Source of the DNA: an uncultured Verrucomicrobiae bacterium
Lineage (GTDB): Bacteria > Verrucomicrobiota > Verrucomicrobiia > Chthoniobacterales > Chthoniobacteraceae
Length of the DNA stretch: 64,000 nt
Assembly: GCA_963769025.1 (NCBI GenBank)
Contig: CAVYKI010000012.1
Span: forward strand, 448,001-512,000
Reading direction: 5' to 3'
The notes beneath the pieces are model-generated. The model searched no databases and was not told where the DNA came from. It saw only the letters and a program-made list of their open reading frames with translations. Both the position numbers and the translations under genes were made by a program. This document shows, piece after piece, positions 30,416-41,019 of the stretch; the first letter of the stretch is position 1; every line of letters starts with the position of its first letter.

Positions 30416-31849
30416 TCACGCGAGCAGGCCTTTCACGAGCTTGCCGTGGACGTCGGTGAGGCGGTAGCGGCGGCCTTGGAATTTGTAGGTGAGCCGCTCG
30501 TGGTCGATGCCGAGCAGGTGCAGCATCGTCGCGTGGAAATCGTGGATGTGGACGCCGTCGCTCACGACGTTGTAGCCAAACTCGTCCGTCTCGCCGAACA
30601 CCGTGCCGGCCTTGATGCCGCCGCCCGCCATCCATGCGGTGAAGCAGCGCGGATGGTGGTCGCGGCCAAAGTTCGCCGAGATTTTCCCCTGGCAGTAATT
30701 CGTGCGGCCGAACTCGCCGCCCCACACGACGAGCGTGTCATCCAGCAAGCCGCGCTGCTTGAGATCGCGCACGAGCGCAGCCGCGGCTTGATCGGTTTCC
30801 TTGCAGAGCTTTGGCAGCGCGCCGGGCAGTCCGCCGTGGTGATCCCAGTCCTGATGATAGAGCTGGATGAACCGCACGCCGCGCTCCGCGAGCCGTCGCG
30901 CCTGCAGGCAGTTCGCGGCGAAGGTTCCGGGCGTGTTCACATCTGGCCCGTAGGCTTCCAGCGTTTCCTTCGATTCGTTCGAGATGTCCGTGACGTCCGG
31001 GATGCTCGTCTGCATCCGGAACGCCATTTCGTAATTGTCGATCCGGCTCTGAATCTCCGCGTCCGGCGTGCCCTCGAGCTGGTGCTCGTGCAATTCGCGC
31101 AGCCGATCGAGCATCAGCCGCCGTCCATCGGCGCTCACGCCCGCGGGATTGCCGAGGTAAAGCACGGGATCCTTCGCCGCGCGGAACTGCACGCCCTGGT
31201 GCCGCGTCGGCAAAAATCCGCTGCCCCACAAGTGCGACCCGAGCGGCTGCCCGCCCTTGCCCTTCGTGATGAGCACGGTGAAGGACGGCAGGTTCGCATT
31301 CTCCTGGCCGAGCCCGTAGCTCAGCCACGCGCCGATGCTCGGCCGTCCCGCAATCTGCGTGCCCGTCTGCATGAAAGTGACGCCCGGCCCGTGGTTGATC
31401 GCCTCGGTGAACATCGAGCGCACGAAGCACAGATCATCCGCCACGCCCGCCGTGTGCGGCAGCAGTTCGCTCAGCCACGCGCCGCCCTTGCCGTGCTGCG
31501 CAAACTTGAACGGCGAGCCGACGAGCGGGATGGAAGACTGGTTGCCCGACATTCCCGTGAGCCGCTGCCCGCCGCGCACCGAGTCGGGAAGCTGCTCGCC
31601 GTGGCGCTTGTTCAGCAGCGGCTTGTAGTCGAACAGATCGAGCTGCGAAGGCCCGCCCGACATGAAGAGGTAGATCACGCGCTTCGCCTTCGGCGCAAAG
31701 TGCGGGCGTCCGAGCACGCCGAAGTCCCTGCCCGGCGCGCCGTGTGCCGCGCCGGCGAGCATCTCCGCGAGCGCGACACCGCCGAGGCCCATGCCGAAGC
31801 GGTTGAGGAAATGGCGGCGGTTGAATGCGGGTGGGAGCGGGTCGTTCAT
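30416..31849 (-). CDS. DUF1501 family protein (Tat leader)
   Basis: NRRHFL leader, HFAPKAKRVIYLFMSGGPSQLDLFDYKP, WDHH, GEFGRT, GRDHHP. Confidence 0.93.
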   Translation of the reverse strand: MNDPLPPAFNRRHFLNRFGMGLGGVALAEMLAGAAHGAPGRDFGVLGRPHFAPKAKRVIYLFMSGGPSQLDLFDYKPLLNKRHGEQLPDSVRGGQRLTGMSGNQSSIPLVGSPFKFAQHGKGGAWLSELLPHTAGVADDLCFVRSMFTEAINHGPGVTFMQTGTQIAGRPSIGAWLSYGLGQENANLPSFTVLITKGKGGQPLGSHLWGSGFLPTRHQGVQFRAAKDPVLYLGNPAGVSADGRRLMLDRLRELHEHQLEGTPDAEIQSRIDNYEMAFRMQTSIPDVTDISNESKETLEAYGPDVNTPGTFAANCLQARRLAERGVRFIQLYHQDWDHHGGLPGALPKLCKETDQAAAALVRDLKQRGLLDDTLVVWGGEFGRTNYCQGKISANFGRDHHPRCFTAWMAGGGIKAGTVFGETDEFGYNVVSDGVHIHDFHATMLHLLGIDHERLTYKFQGRRYRLTDVHGKLVKGLLA

Positions 31850-31904
31850 GACAGGAAGCAAGGGAGGAAAATGGCTCTGATCATCAAGTGAGGATGCTGA
31901 AACC

Positions 31905-31992
31905 CGTAGCCGCCGACGGCAGGAGGCGGGCTGATTTCTCGCACGGAGCAGTCGAGGAAAAGCGTGCCCGCCTCCTTCCGTCGGCGGCTACG
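31905..31992. repeat. GTAG-type REP inverted pair (REPIN-like hairpin)
   Basis: 27-bp arms CGTAGCCGCCGACGGCAGGAGGCGGGC (31905-31931) and GCCCGCCTCCTTCCGTCGGCGGCTACG (31966-31992), one mismatch, 34-nt spacer. Confidence 0.85.
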
Positions 31993-32051
31993 AGGAAACG
32001 GCGCCGCGCACCCGGTGAATGTTGTTCGCAAGAATCCATGTTCGTTTCTTC

Positions 32052-35000
32052 TCAGCGTTTCACGACGCACGCGTCGTGGTTCAGGAGCGCCTGTGCGAGC
32101 ACGGCGGCTGCGGCGGCTTCAGGGGAAGGAATGGAGGCGTCGCGTTTTGCGTTCCCCGTCGTCGAGCAGCTTGTCCGCGTCGGCCGGCGACTGGCGGAAA
32201 TGCGCGAGCTGTTCGTTGTAGAGGCGGGTTGTGATTTCGACTTCACGCGCGTCCGGCTTGCGGCTCAGGCAGCGCAGAAATCCCTGCTCGATCATGCCCG
32301 GCAGATTCCCTTTCGCATCCTTGTGCAGCTTCTCGCCAAGCACGCGGGCGGCTTCCACGTATTGGATCCCGTTCAGCAGGATGAACGCCTGCAGCGGCGT
32401 GTCCGTGCTCTCGCGTTTCGCGATGCACACGGCGCGGCGCGGCGCATCGAAGGCCATCATCGCGGGCGGTGGGCCGGTCCGCCGCCAGTTCGTGTAAATG
32501 CTGCGCCGGTAAACGCCGTCGCCGCCGCTGGGGTTCGCGGGCTTGAAGGCCTCGCTCATCTCGTAAGGATTCACCGGCGGCCCGCCGATTCTCTCCGCGA
32601 GCAGTCCCGATGCGGCGAGCGCGTTGTCGCGCACCATTTCCGCCGAGAGGCGGACGCGCGGCCCGCGGGCGAGCCACTCATTTTCCGGATCGTCGGTCAT
32701 CGTCTTCGCATCCGCGATGCTCCGCTGGCGGTAGGTGCGGCTCATGACGATGCTTTTCATCAGCGCCTTCACGTCCCAGCCGCTCCGGATGAACTGCGCC
32801 GCGAGTGAGTCGAGCACCTCGGGATAAAGCGGGCGCGAGCCCTGGCTGCCGAAATCCTCCGCCGTCTTCACGAGCCCGCGTCCCCAGATGCTGAGCCAGA
32901 ACCGGTTCACCGTGACGCGCGCCGTGAGCGGATGCCGCGCGTCGGTGAGCCACTGCGCGAGCCCGAGACGGTTCTTCGGCGCGTTCGCGGGGAAAGGCGC
33001 GAGCCACGCAGGCACGATCGCCGGCGCCTCCTCGCGGCGCTGGTTGTATTCGCCGCGGAAAAGCACGTAGGACTTTTTCGGTTCGGGCAGCTCGCGCATC
33101 ACCATGATCTCCTTTTGCCCGCCGGCAAATTTCACCGCTTCGCCGCGTGCCGTTTCGAGCGCCTTGAGCTGCCCCGCCCAGTCGGCATCCGCGGTCGCGA
33201 GCCAATAGTCGAGCAGCAGGCCGCGCTCGGCCTCCGTGAGCCCGCCCGGCTGCTTCGTCAGCACCGCGTTTGCGGCCTCGGGCTTGAACGTCGCCAGCGC
33301 GCCCAGCGGTGTGAGCGCCCGCGCGAAGACCCGGAAATCGTCGATCGCGCCTCCGTTGAAACCGCGGTCGCGCATGCGCTCGCCGAGCGTGATGTTGTCC
33401 CCGCCGCCGCCGGTGATGTCGCGTGTGAGGTGGTCCTTGATCGTCTCCACCGCCGCGGGCGCTCCGTTCACGTAAAGCCGCAAACCCGCGGCGCGACCGC
33501 TGCCGTCGGACGTCACGACGACATGTGTCCACCCGTTGATCGCGACCGGCTGCTGTGCGCGGATCGAAATTGCATCGCCGGGCCAGAAGTGGATGAGCGA
33601 CCACTTCAGCCGTCCGTCCTCGATGAGCAGCTCGTAACCGCGGCTCGCCGCGTCCGTCCACGCCTTCGAGCGGTGGAAGACGACGGCGCGATCCTTTTTG
33701 TCCGGCGTCCTCAACCACAGCGAAACGCTGAACGGCTCGCTGCTGCGAAAATTGCCGAGCTGCAGATCCACCGCATCGTCGCCGGAAAATTGCACCGCCT
33801 GTCCATTCACGCCCGGCACGAGCTTGTTTTCGCCCTTCAGCGTCGCCGGCTTTTTCGCATCGAGCGCGTTCGCGAGCTTGCCCTTCTCGATCGCATCAAA
33901 ACCGAAGCGTCCGATTTCACCGGGGAGCGAAACTTCCGCCGGTCGCGACTTCAGCCACTCGGCAAATGCTCCGCGCTTCGCATCACGCAGCGCAGCAGCT
34001 TTCCTCTCCTCATCGGCGACCGCCTTTCGCAGTGCCGCGAGCTTCTCCTTTGCCGCCGCGTCCAGGATCGGCACCGCGGGCGTGGGCATGCTCGGCGTGA
34101 AGAACGAGTAGAGCCCTGCCTCGTCCACATTCTGGAAGAACGAGAACAGCCCGTAGAATTCCTTCTGCGTGATCGGGTCGAACTTGTGGTCGTGGCATCG
34201 CGCACACTCGAAGGTCAGGCCGAGGAATGCGGTGGCGAACGTCTGCACGCGATCGCGCGACGTATTCGACGCGGTATTCCTCCTCGACGCTGCCGCCCTC
34301 GGATTCCTGCTGGTGCAGCCGGTTGAATGCCGTTGCGAGGATCTGGTCGTCCGTCGCATTCGGCAGCAGGTCGCCGGCGATCTGCCAAGTGGTGAATTGG
34401 TCGAACGGAAGGTTGTCGTTGAACGCGCGGATGACCCAGTCGCGCCACGGCCACATCTCGCGCTCGCGGTCCACCTGGAAGCCGTAGCTGTCCGCGTAGC
34501 GCGCGATGTCGAGCCAGTCCACGGCCATCCGCTCGCCGTAGCGCGGCGACGCGAGCAGCCGGTCCACCACGCGCTCGTAGGCATCCGGCGAGGCGTCATT
34601 TTCAAACGCGGCGATCTCCTGCGGGCTCGGAGGCAGCCCGGTGAGGTCGAAGCTCACGCGGCGGATCAGCGTGTCGCGATCCGCCTCGGGCTGGAGCTTC
34701 AGCCCGCGCGTCGCGAGGCCGGCGGAGACAGCGCTGTCGATCGGCGAGCCGTCGCCGGGCTTTGGCGCGGCGATGGGCTGCAGCGGGATGAACGCCCAGT
34801 GCGGCTCATACTCCGCGCCTTCGGCGACCCAGCGTTTCAGCTTCGCGATCTCCGCTGCGGTGAGGGGTTCGAGCTTCGCCTTCGGAGGCGGCATGCGATC
34901 GTCCGGGTCGGTCGCTGAAATGCGGGCGATGATCTCGCTTTCGTCCGGCTTGCCCGGCGCGATCGCATGGATGCCGTCCCGGTTTGCGATCGCGTCCTCG

Positions 35001-35203
35001 CGCATGTCGAGCCGCAGGTCCGAGTCGCGCTTGTTCTTGTCCGGGCCGTGGCAGTGGAAGCATTTGTCCGAGAGGATGGGCCGGATGTCCCGGTTGTAGT
35101 GCAGCTTCTCGGCGCCATCCGCGAGCGTGACTCCGAACGCGAGAAAGACGGCGAGCGGAGTGCCGAAGCCGATCGTGGGAGGGGTTGATTTCGAGTCGCG
35201 CAT
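32052..35203 (-). CDS. Planctomycete cytochrome c / DUF1549 / LamG / DUF1553 (PSD1) protein; frameshifts at ~34255 and ~32163
   Basis: [37 protein letters not shown], LamG-like [44 protein letters not shown]; spread over ORFs 34010..35308, 32119..34605 and 32052..32246. Confidence 0.9.
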
Positions 35204-35364
35204 TTTTCGTCGGAAAGCGCGCTGAAGGCGCTTCGCTGTCAGTTCATTCCTGGACGATACAGGGCTTAGACGCCGTGAAAAGGGCTCGCGCGAATTCGCC
35301 AAGGGCAACGGCGGGAAACGAGGTCGTGGATTTTTGCGTGTCCTCGCCCGAAATCACGCGCCAA

Positions 35365-36558
35365 CTACAGGTGCTCCTCGACCCACGCGAACTCGCGCGC
35401 GACGCTGCGGACGACATCCGCAGGGCGGATTTCCGGAGGGAGAACATCAAAGGTGTAGGTCTCGATTTCCACGTGCGTCGTCGCGCCGCGCCGCAGTTCG
35501 CGGAAGAAATCGGGCGTCAGCGTGGACACCGTACTGGCGAGCGGTCCGTTGCCCTGAAAAAAGAGCGGCACATGGAAATGCACGCGCGCCTCCTCGACTC
35601 CCGTGCGACCTGCATCGTCCAGAAGCGCGAGCGGGAGGTCGGTCCACGAACGGATTTCGCCGGATGCCGTGCGCGCTTTCACCTGGTGAAGATAGACGCC
35701 CTCGGCGTAGGGCCGCAGCGCCTCCCAGCATTCCGCGCCGCCGCCGGTCATCAGCGCGGCGCTGAGCTGCACCTTGGAAATGCGGATGCCTTCACGCCGG
35801 TAGGTGCGCAGGGCTTCGAGCGGGTCCTCAAATTGCAGCGCGACGTGGCAGGTATCGAAGCAGACGCCGATGTGCTTGCGGAAAATCTCGCCGGCTCGGG
35901 TCGCACCGCAGCCGCGGATCCTGCGCACCGCATCCGCGCCTTCCGTCCACAGCACGTCGCGGAAAAACGCGACCGTCTCCGCGGTGGTTTCGAGGAAACA
36001 CGATGGCTCGGGCTCGAGCCCGAGGTGAATTTCCCTGCCCGTGTCCTCCTGCAGCGCAGCGAGGTATGCGGCCACTGCGCCGAGGTTCTCCGCCATCGCG
36101 GTGGTGTCGGCGGGACTGGAGACCCATTCCTTGAACGATCCCGGCACCGTGCTGATCGAGCCGTCCACGCCCGGGGGCAGCCACCCGGCGAGGATGTCGG
36201 CGACCTGGATCGTGTAATCCCTTCGCGCCGCGGAACGCCAGTCGGGCGCATAGACGTTTTCCTTCACCGGCCCCGCGTGGAACTGGCCGTAGGGAAACGC
36301 GTTCACCGAAATCGGATACAGCTCGTGCTCGGCAAATACATCGAGCGCCTGGCTCCGGAGCGCTGCGTCCCCCGCGAGATCGGCGGAAGCCTGCGCGCTG
36401 AGCCGGAGGCCGAGGCCAAACCATTCCTCCGGCTCGACGAACAGGTGCACGCGCGCAGCCTTTTCCCTGATGGCCGCAAGATTCTCCGCCCAGGTTTCAC
36501 CGGGATGGATGTTCAGGCAGTAGGTGAGGTGGAGCGGCGGCTTGTGCTGGACGATCAT
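35365..36558 (-). CDS. eboE: Metabolite traffic protein EboE (TIM barrel)
   Basis: HLTYCLNIHPGE, NAFPYGQFH..VKENVYAPDW, LEPEP, KVQLS, RVHFHVP, EIETYT. Confidence 0.92.
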   Translation of the reverse strand: MIVQHKPPLHLTYCLNIHPGETWAENLAAIREKAARVHLFVEPEEWFGLGLRLSAQASADLAGDAALRSQALDVFAEHELYPISVNAFPYGQFHAGPVKENVYAPDWRSAARRDYTIQVADILAGWLPPGVDGSISTVPGSFKEWVSSPADTTAMAENLGAVAAYLAALQEDTGREIHLGLEPEPSCFLETTAETVAFFRDVLWTEGADAVRRIRGCGATRAGEIFRKHIGVCFDTCHVALQFEDPLEALRTYRREGIRISKVQLSAALMTGGGAECWEALRPYAEGVYLHQVKARTASGEIRSWTDLPLALLDDAGRTGVEEARVHFHVPLFFQGNGPLASTVSTLTPDFFRELRRGATTHVEIETYTFDVLPPEIRPADVVRSVAREFAWVEEHL

Positions 36559-36588
36559 GGGGAATCCTCGCGGGGGAATACGGGCGCG

Positions 36589-37755
36589 CTAAGCCCGCGG
36601 CAAGTTTTCAAGGCAGCGCTCCATGAGCGGCAGATCGATCTCGTGCATCTCGAAGCGCGCGCCGATTCCCTGCGGGAACGTGACACACAGTTCGCCGCCA
36701 AGGTGTTCGCGGAAGTCGCGCAGTCCGGCGAAAATCTCTAGCTGCCCGGCGGAATCGCGCTGGAACGCCTCCTCGTGTGCGAGCGGGAAGCCGCTCTGCC
36801 GCAGGCCGCGCTCGATGACCGCAAACTCGCCCTCGGAAATCCATCCCTTCTCCCGCGCGTAGCTGGAGTCGAGCAGCACGCCGAACGCGACCGCCTCGCC
36901 GTGGCTGATGCGGAAGCCGGACATGAGCTCGAGTTTGTGCGCGGACCAGTGGCCGAAATCGAGCGGGCGCGCGCGGCCGTATTCGAAGGGATCGCCGTTC
37001 GTGCGGATGTGTTCGAGGTGCTCCTCGGCGCAGCGGAAGACGAGCTGCTCCATCGCCGCGATGTCGCGCGCGGGGAATTTCTCCGCGTTCGCCGTGAGCC
37101 AGTCGAAGAACTCGCGGTCGCGGATGATGGCGACCTTCCACGCCTCCGCGACGCCGCACAGCCAGTCGCGCTGTGGGAGCGAGACGAGGAAATCGAGATC
37201 GTTCAGCACGGCGAATGGCGGCGCGAATGTGCCGAGCGCATTCTTCCCGCCCATGAAATTGACGCCGTTCTTCACGCCGACGCCCGCGTCATTCTGCCCG
37301 AGGACCGTCGTCGGCACGCGCACCTGGCGCAGTCCGCGATGGACGAGCGCCGCGGCGAGGCCGACGGCATCCATCACCGCGCCGCCGCCGACGATGATGA
37401 TGAACGACTGCCGGTCCATGTGCGTCTCGAGCATGAGCCGCATGAAGCCCTCGACGAGCGAGAGGTCGTTCTTGATCGCCTCGCCGCCGGGGACGATGCG
37501 CGGCGCGGTGGCGAGTTCGAGCTGTGCAGAGAATGCCGCGAAGTAGTTTTCGATCTCGCGCACGAGGTTCGGCTGGGCGGCGGCTACGTGCAAATCCACA
37601 AACACCAGCGCCCGATGCCTGCGCGCCTCGTGGAGGCGGAGGAGTGTGTCCACCAGCACCCTGTTCTCCGTGCGGAACAGGCCGTGCGTGAAAGTCACCG
37701 GAAATTCCCACGTGACATCGACCCGTTGTGCGATGGAACGCGTCTGGCCGCTCAC
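36589..37755 (-). CDS. 3-dehydroquinate-synthase-like sugar phosphate cyclase (EboD type)
   Basis: PGGEAIKN, GGGAVMDAVG, RVPTTVL.QNDAGVGVKN, DFGHWSAHKLE, HGEAVA; GTG at 37755 overlaps the eboF stop. Confidence 0.9.
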   Translation of the reverse strand: MSGQTRSIAQRVDVTWEFPVTFTHGLFRTENRVLVDTLLRLHEARRHRALVFVDLHVAAAQPNLVREIENYFAAFSAQLELATAPRIVPGGEAIKNDLSLVEGFMRLMLETHMDRQSFIIIVGGGAVMDAVGLAAALVHRGLRQVRVPTTVLGQNDAGVGVKNGVNFMGGKNALGTFAPPFAVLNDLDFLVSLPQRDWLCGVAEAWKVAIIRDREFFDWLTANAEKFPARDIAAMEQLVFRCAEEHLEHIRTNGDPFEYGRARPLDFGHWSAHKLELMSGFRISHGEAVAFGVLLDSSYAREKGWISEGEFAVIERGLRQSGFPLAHEEAFQRDSAGQLEIFAGLRDFREHLGGELCVTFPQGIGARFEMHEIDLPLMERCLENLPRA

Positions 37756-39039
37756 CGCTGCCCCTCCATCCACACCTGCACCGCGCGGGCGAGGTCGAGC
37801 TGCGTCACGGGGAGCTGCGGAATCTTCATCGACGACGCCCATGCGACCTCCTGGCCGGGCCGGTTGCTGCCGTGCGTCCCGTGGATTTTCCGCGTGTCAA
37901 AACTCACGCTTCCCGGCGGCCAGCCGAAGATAAAGTTCGCACGGGTCGTAGCCGGGCTTGTTGTGGATGTCCACGTGGCTGGCATAGTCCGGCGCCTCCT
38001 CGCGCTCGGTGAACCACGGATACGCAAACCAGGAACTTTCCTGCGCGGTGATGACGAGATCGCCGCTGCGGCGGTGAGCGATGCCGTGCCTTTCCTGCGC
38101 GGCCTTGTCCCAGACTTCCGCCACGCCAGGCAGCGTCCGCAGCGCCTCGGCGGCTGCGATCTTCGACGCTTCGTCGCGGCAATAGACGTGCGCGAAACCG
38201 TGGTCGCACACGGCGAATGCGCGGCTCGTGAAAAAATCGGTGTAAGCCATTCCCTCGATCGCGCGCGTGCCGAACAAGCCCGCTTCGCGCAGTCGGCGGT
38301 TCGGGAAAATCGCACCGTCGCGCACCTGCTCGATCGCGTAATCGCCGAAGACCAGCCATTCATAGTCGCACTCGGTCGCCTTTGCCTCGAGGCGTTCGAG
38401 GTAGCCGAGCAGGATGTCGAGCGCCTTGTCCGCCTCGCGGCTCACCGGGCCGTAGCGCTGCAGGTCGTAGTCGAGATGCGGGATGTAGGTGCAGAGCAGA
38501 TCCGGCGCGACGTCCGGCATCTCCATCACCGCGCAGGTCGCTTCCACGATCCAGTCGGAGGACTTGTGATTCGCGAGCGGACCCCAGTAGTTCATCAGGT
38601 TGAACGGACGCCCGATTCGCTCGGTGAGCCGTGCCTCGAGCGAGGCGGGCTGCGTGTAGCACGCCTGGATCATGCCGCCGCTGTGCTTGTGGATCGGTGC
38701 GGGTGTCACGACGAGATCCGCCGCTTCACCCATGCTCTGCTGCCAGAACATGAGGCCCACTTTTTTCCCGCGCGCGCGGAAGTCATCCCAGATGCGGGGC
38801 CCCTCGACGAGCGTCGCGCTTTGCTCCCAAAACAGGACTTTCCGCAGGTCGGAAAAGAAGAGGCCGTTCGCGACGAGGCCGTTTTGCGAGGGCGTCGTGC
38901 CCGTGCGGAATGCCGCCTGGACCGGGCACGTGACCGCGGGGAAAATGCTCTGTACCGGACGGAACTCGGGCAGGTGCGACACGAGATTCCAACCGAGTGC
39001 GGCGACATCAACAACGAGCAGCTTTTTCTTGGCCGGCAT
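37752..39039 (-). CDS. Nucleotide pyrophosphatase/alkaline phosphatase family protein (EboF type); frameshift at ~37932
   Basis: FPAVTCPVQA, YIPHLDYDLQRYGP, VDIHNKPGYDPCEL, then FGWPPGSVSFD..IHGTHG in ORF 37752..38363. Confidence 0.9.
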
Positions 39040-39104
39040 GGAGAGGCGGCAAAGAGAATCAGCTTCGCTGGAAAAAGCTAGGGCGGAGCGAGGGCGCGGG
39101 CGGC

Positions 39105-40640
39105 TTATGCACGCGGGGCAGGTTCCGGAGCGGGTTGCCCGGCCGAGCCGCGGGATTTTGCGCGGCTTGGCCACAGGGCGCGGAACTCCATCCAGAGCCA
39201 GCGGCGAAGCCCGCTGAGGAGCAGGCGCCCCGCCGTCCCGGCCTCCGGCGCGAAGCCGGGGACCAGCAGCCGCCAGCCGGCGTTGCGTGCGCCGTAGGTG
39301 CCGGCCGCGATGCGTTTCCGCGCCAGCACGACGAGGCGCCGGTTGAAGAAGGAGATCACCTTCACGGCCAGGCGACCGCCGACGCTGTCGAAGGGAAATT
39401 TTTCGAACATCGTCGCCGGGTCCGCATACACCTGCCGGACCGGCCCGAGGTGGTACGCCGCGTTGTCCATGAGGTAGGCCGCCGCCATCAGCTCCGCGTC
39501 GCCGATGCAGTAGTATTTGCCGCGGTAGATGCAGTCGAACCAACCCTGGAAGCAGGCCGAAAAGCGCCGGTTATAGGCGCGCACATCCACCGGCTTTCCC
39601 GCGCACGCATCCGCGACGAGCGACGCGACGGATTGCGCGGTGAATGCGCAGAGGTCGAGACCCGGGCTGTGGAGCGGGTCGAGGAATCCCGCCGCATCGC
39701 CCACGCACGCCCAGCCGTCCAACATCACCTGCGTGACGCGATAGGGGAACTGCGAGTGGACGCGCTCGTCGCCGGCGACGGGCTGCGCGTCGGCCAGGAT
39801 TTCGCGCCCGATCGGATGCGCCCGGCAATGGGCCAAAAGCCGTTCGCCGATCGCACCGCCTTCCGGGGGCGTGAAGAGCCGCTCATCGTACACCAGACTC
39901 ACGCTCACCTCGCCGCCTTTCATCGGGGTGATCGAGCACCACCAGCCGGCACCGCAGAGAATGTTTGTCGCGCAGCCGCGTGCGGCCAGCGTCGCATCCG
40001 CCCATCCCGGAAATTTCTGGCGCAGTTCGTCACCGTCCCAGTCCTTCGCGCCGGTGAAACGCGCCCAAAGGGAACTCACGGGATGCTCTTTCATCGGCTC
40101 GAGGTAATCGCGCTTCCGCGCAATCAGCGCCGCACGCCCGCTCGCATCCACCACCCAGCGCGCGAGCGCGTGCTTTGTCTCCCCGCCGGCGAGGACTTCG
40201 AGCGCATTGCTCCCGGCGCCGCCGAGATCCAGTTTCACCACTTTCGCCGGCCGCCACAGATCGCAGCCCGCCTCGACAGCCAGCGAGAGCAGGTGCTCGC
40301 CCAGCGTCGCAAGATCGACCTGAAATCCCGGCAGCCGCGCATTGAACCGCGATCCGAGCTCCACGCATTCCTCAAACGGCTCCTCTTCGGTCCGGGCAAA
40401 CCACATCCGCAGTCCCTGACGGGCAAGTTGGTGATTCCCGAGATACTGCGTGAGCCCCAGCACGCGTGTGAGGAAACACGAGCTGACCTCCGCCGTGCTC
40501 TCGCCCACCTTGCGGTCGAAGGTCTCCGATTTTTCGATGATCAGCACACGGAGCGCCGGACTGCGACGCTTCAGCAGCAGCGCCGTCGCGGCGCCCGAAA
40601 AAGCGCCCCCGACGACCGCCACATCGAATTCCGAATACAT
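39105..40640 (-). CDS. FAD-dependent oxidoreductase, tryptophan-halogenase family
   Basis: VVGGAFSG, RKVGEST, WVVDASGR, GDAAGFLDPLHSPG; the WxWxIP region reads GWWCSITP. Confidence 0.85.
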   Translation of the reverse strand: MYSEFDVAVVGGAFSGAATALLLKRRSPALRVLIIEKSETFDRKVGESTAEVSSCFLTRVLGLTQYLGNHQLARQGLRMWFARTEEEPFEECVELGSRFNARLPGFQVDLATLGEHLLSLAVEAGCDLWRPAKVVKLDLGGAGSNALEVLAGGETKHALARWVVDASGRAALIARKRDYLEPMKEHPVSSLWARFTGAKDWDGDELRQKFPGWADATLAARGCATNILCGAGWWCSITPMKGGEVSVSLVYDERLFTPPEGGAIGERLLAHCRAHPIGREILADAQPVAGDERVHSQFPYRVTQVMLDGWACVGDAAGFLDPLHSPGLDLCAFTAQSVASLVADACAGKPVDVRAYNRRFSACFQGWFDCIYRGKYYCIGDAELMAAAYLMDNAAYHLGPVRQVYADPATMFEKFPFDSVGGRLAVKVISFFNRRLVVLARKRIAAGTYGARNAGWRLLVPGFAPEAGTAGRLLLSGLRRWLWMEFRALWPSRAKSRGSAGQPAPEPAPRA

Positions 40641-40759
40641 CCGTCCACCCATAGCCGTGCGCCCCGCGGAGTCCACCCGCTCGCGCACCTGATTTTCCGC
40701 CAGTCAAAAAAATTGGTTGCCCGCGCCCGGAGCCGCCAGTAGTTTCCGCGCCCTCATTT

Positions 40760-40836
40760 GGAGCCTTAGCTCAATCGGTTAGAGCGCTACCCTGTCACGG
40801 TAGAGGTTGCGGGTTCGAGCCCCGTAGGCTCCGCCA
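40760..40836 (+). tRNA. tRNA-Asp(GTC), CCA encoded
   Basis: GGAGCCT/AGGCTCC acceptor stem, CTACC-CTGTCAC-GGTAG anticodon arm, GGTTCGAGCCC T arm, 3' GCCA. Confidence 0.97.
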
Positions 40837-41019
40837 CTTCACGAAAGTGCGCGGAGTGGCTTGATGCGCGATGTTCAGGATAGCGCCGCTCGTTTACTGC
40901 AATGCCTTGTTTGCTTTTCGTGACTGATTCGTGACGAAGTTGCCCACGGTTCATCCACGTGGTCTTCGGGCTGCAGACCTGGCCCTCTTGCCTCCTCACC
41001 TCGACGATGGCACCCGTCC

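Noticed and set aside
36589..37755. Annotating this gene as the shikimate-pathway aroB
   Set aside because: Its position between eboF and eboE and the DFGHWSAHKLE motif indicate the EboD subfamily.
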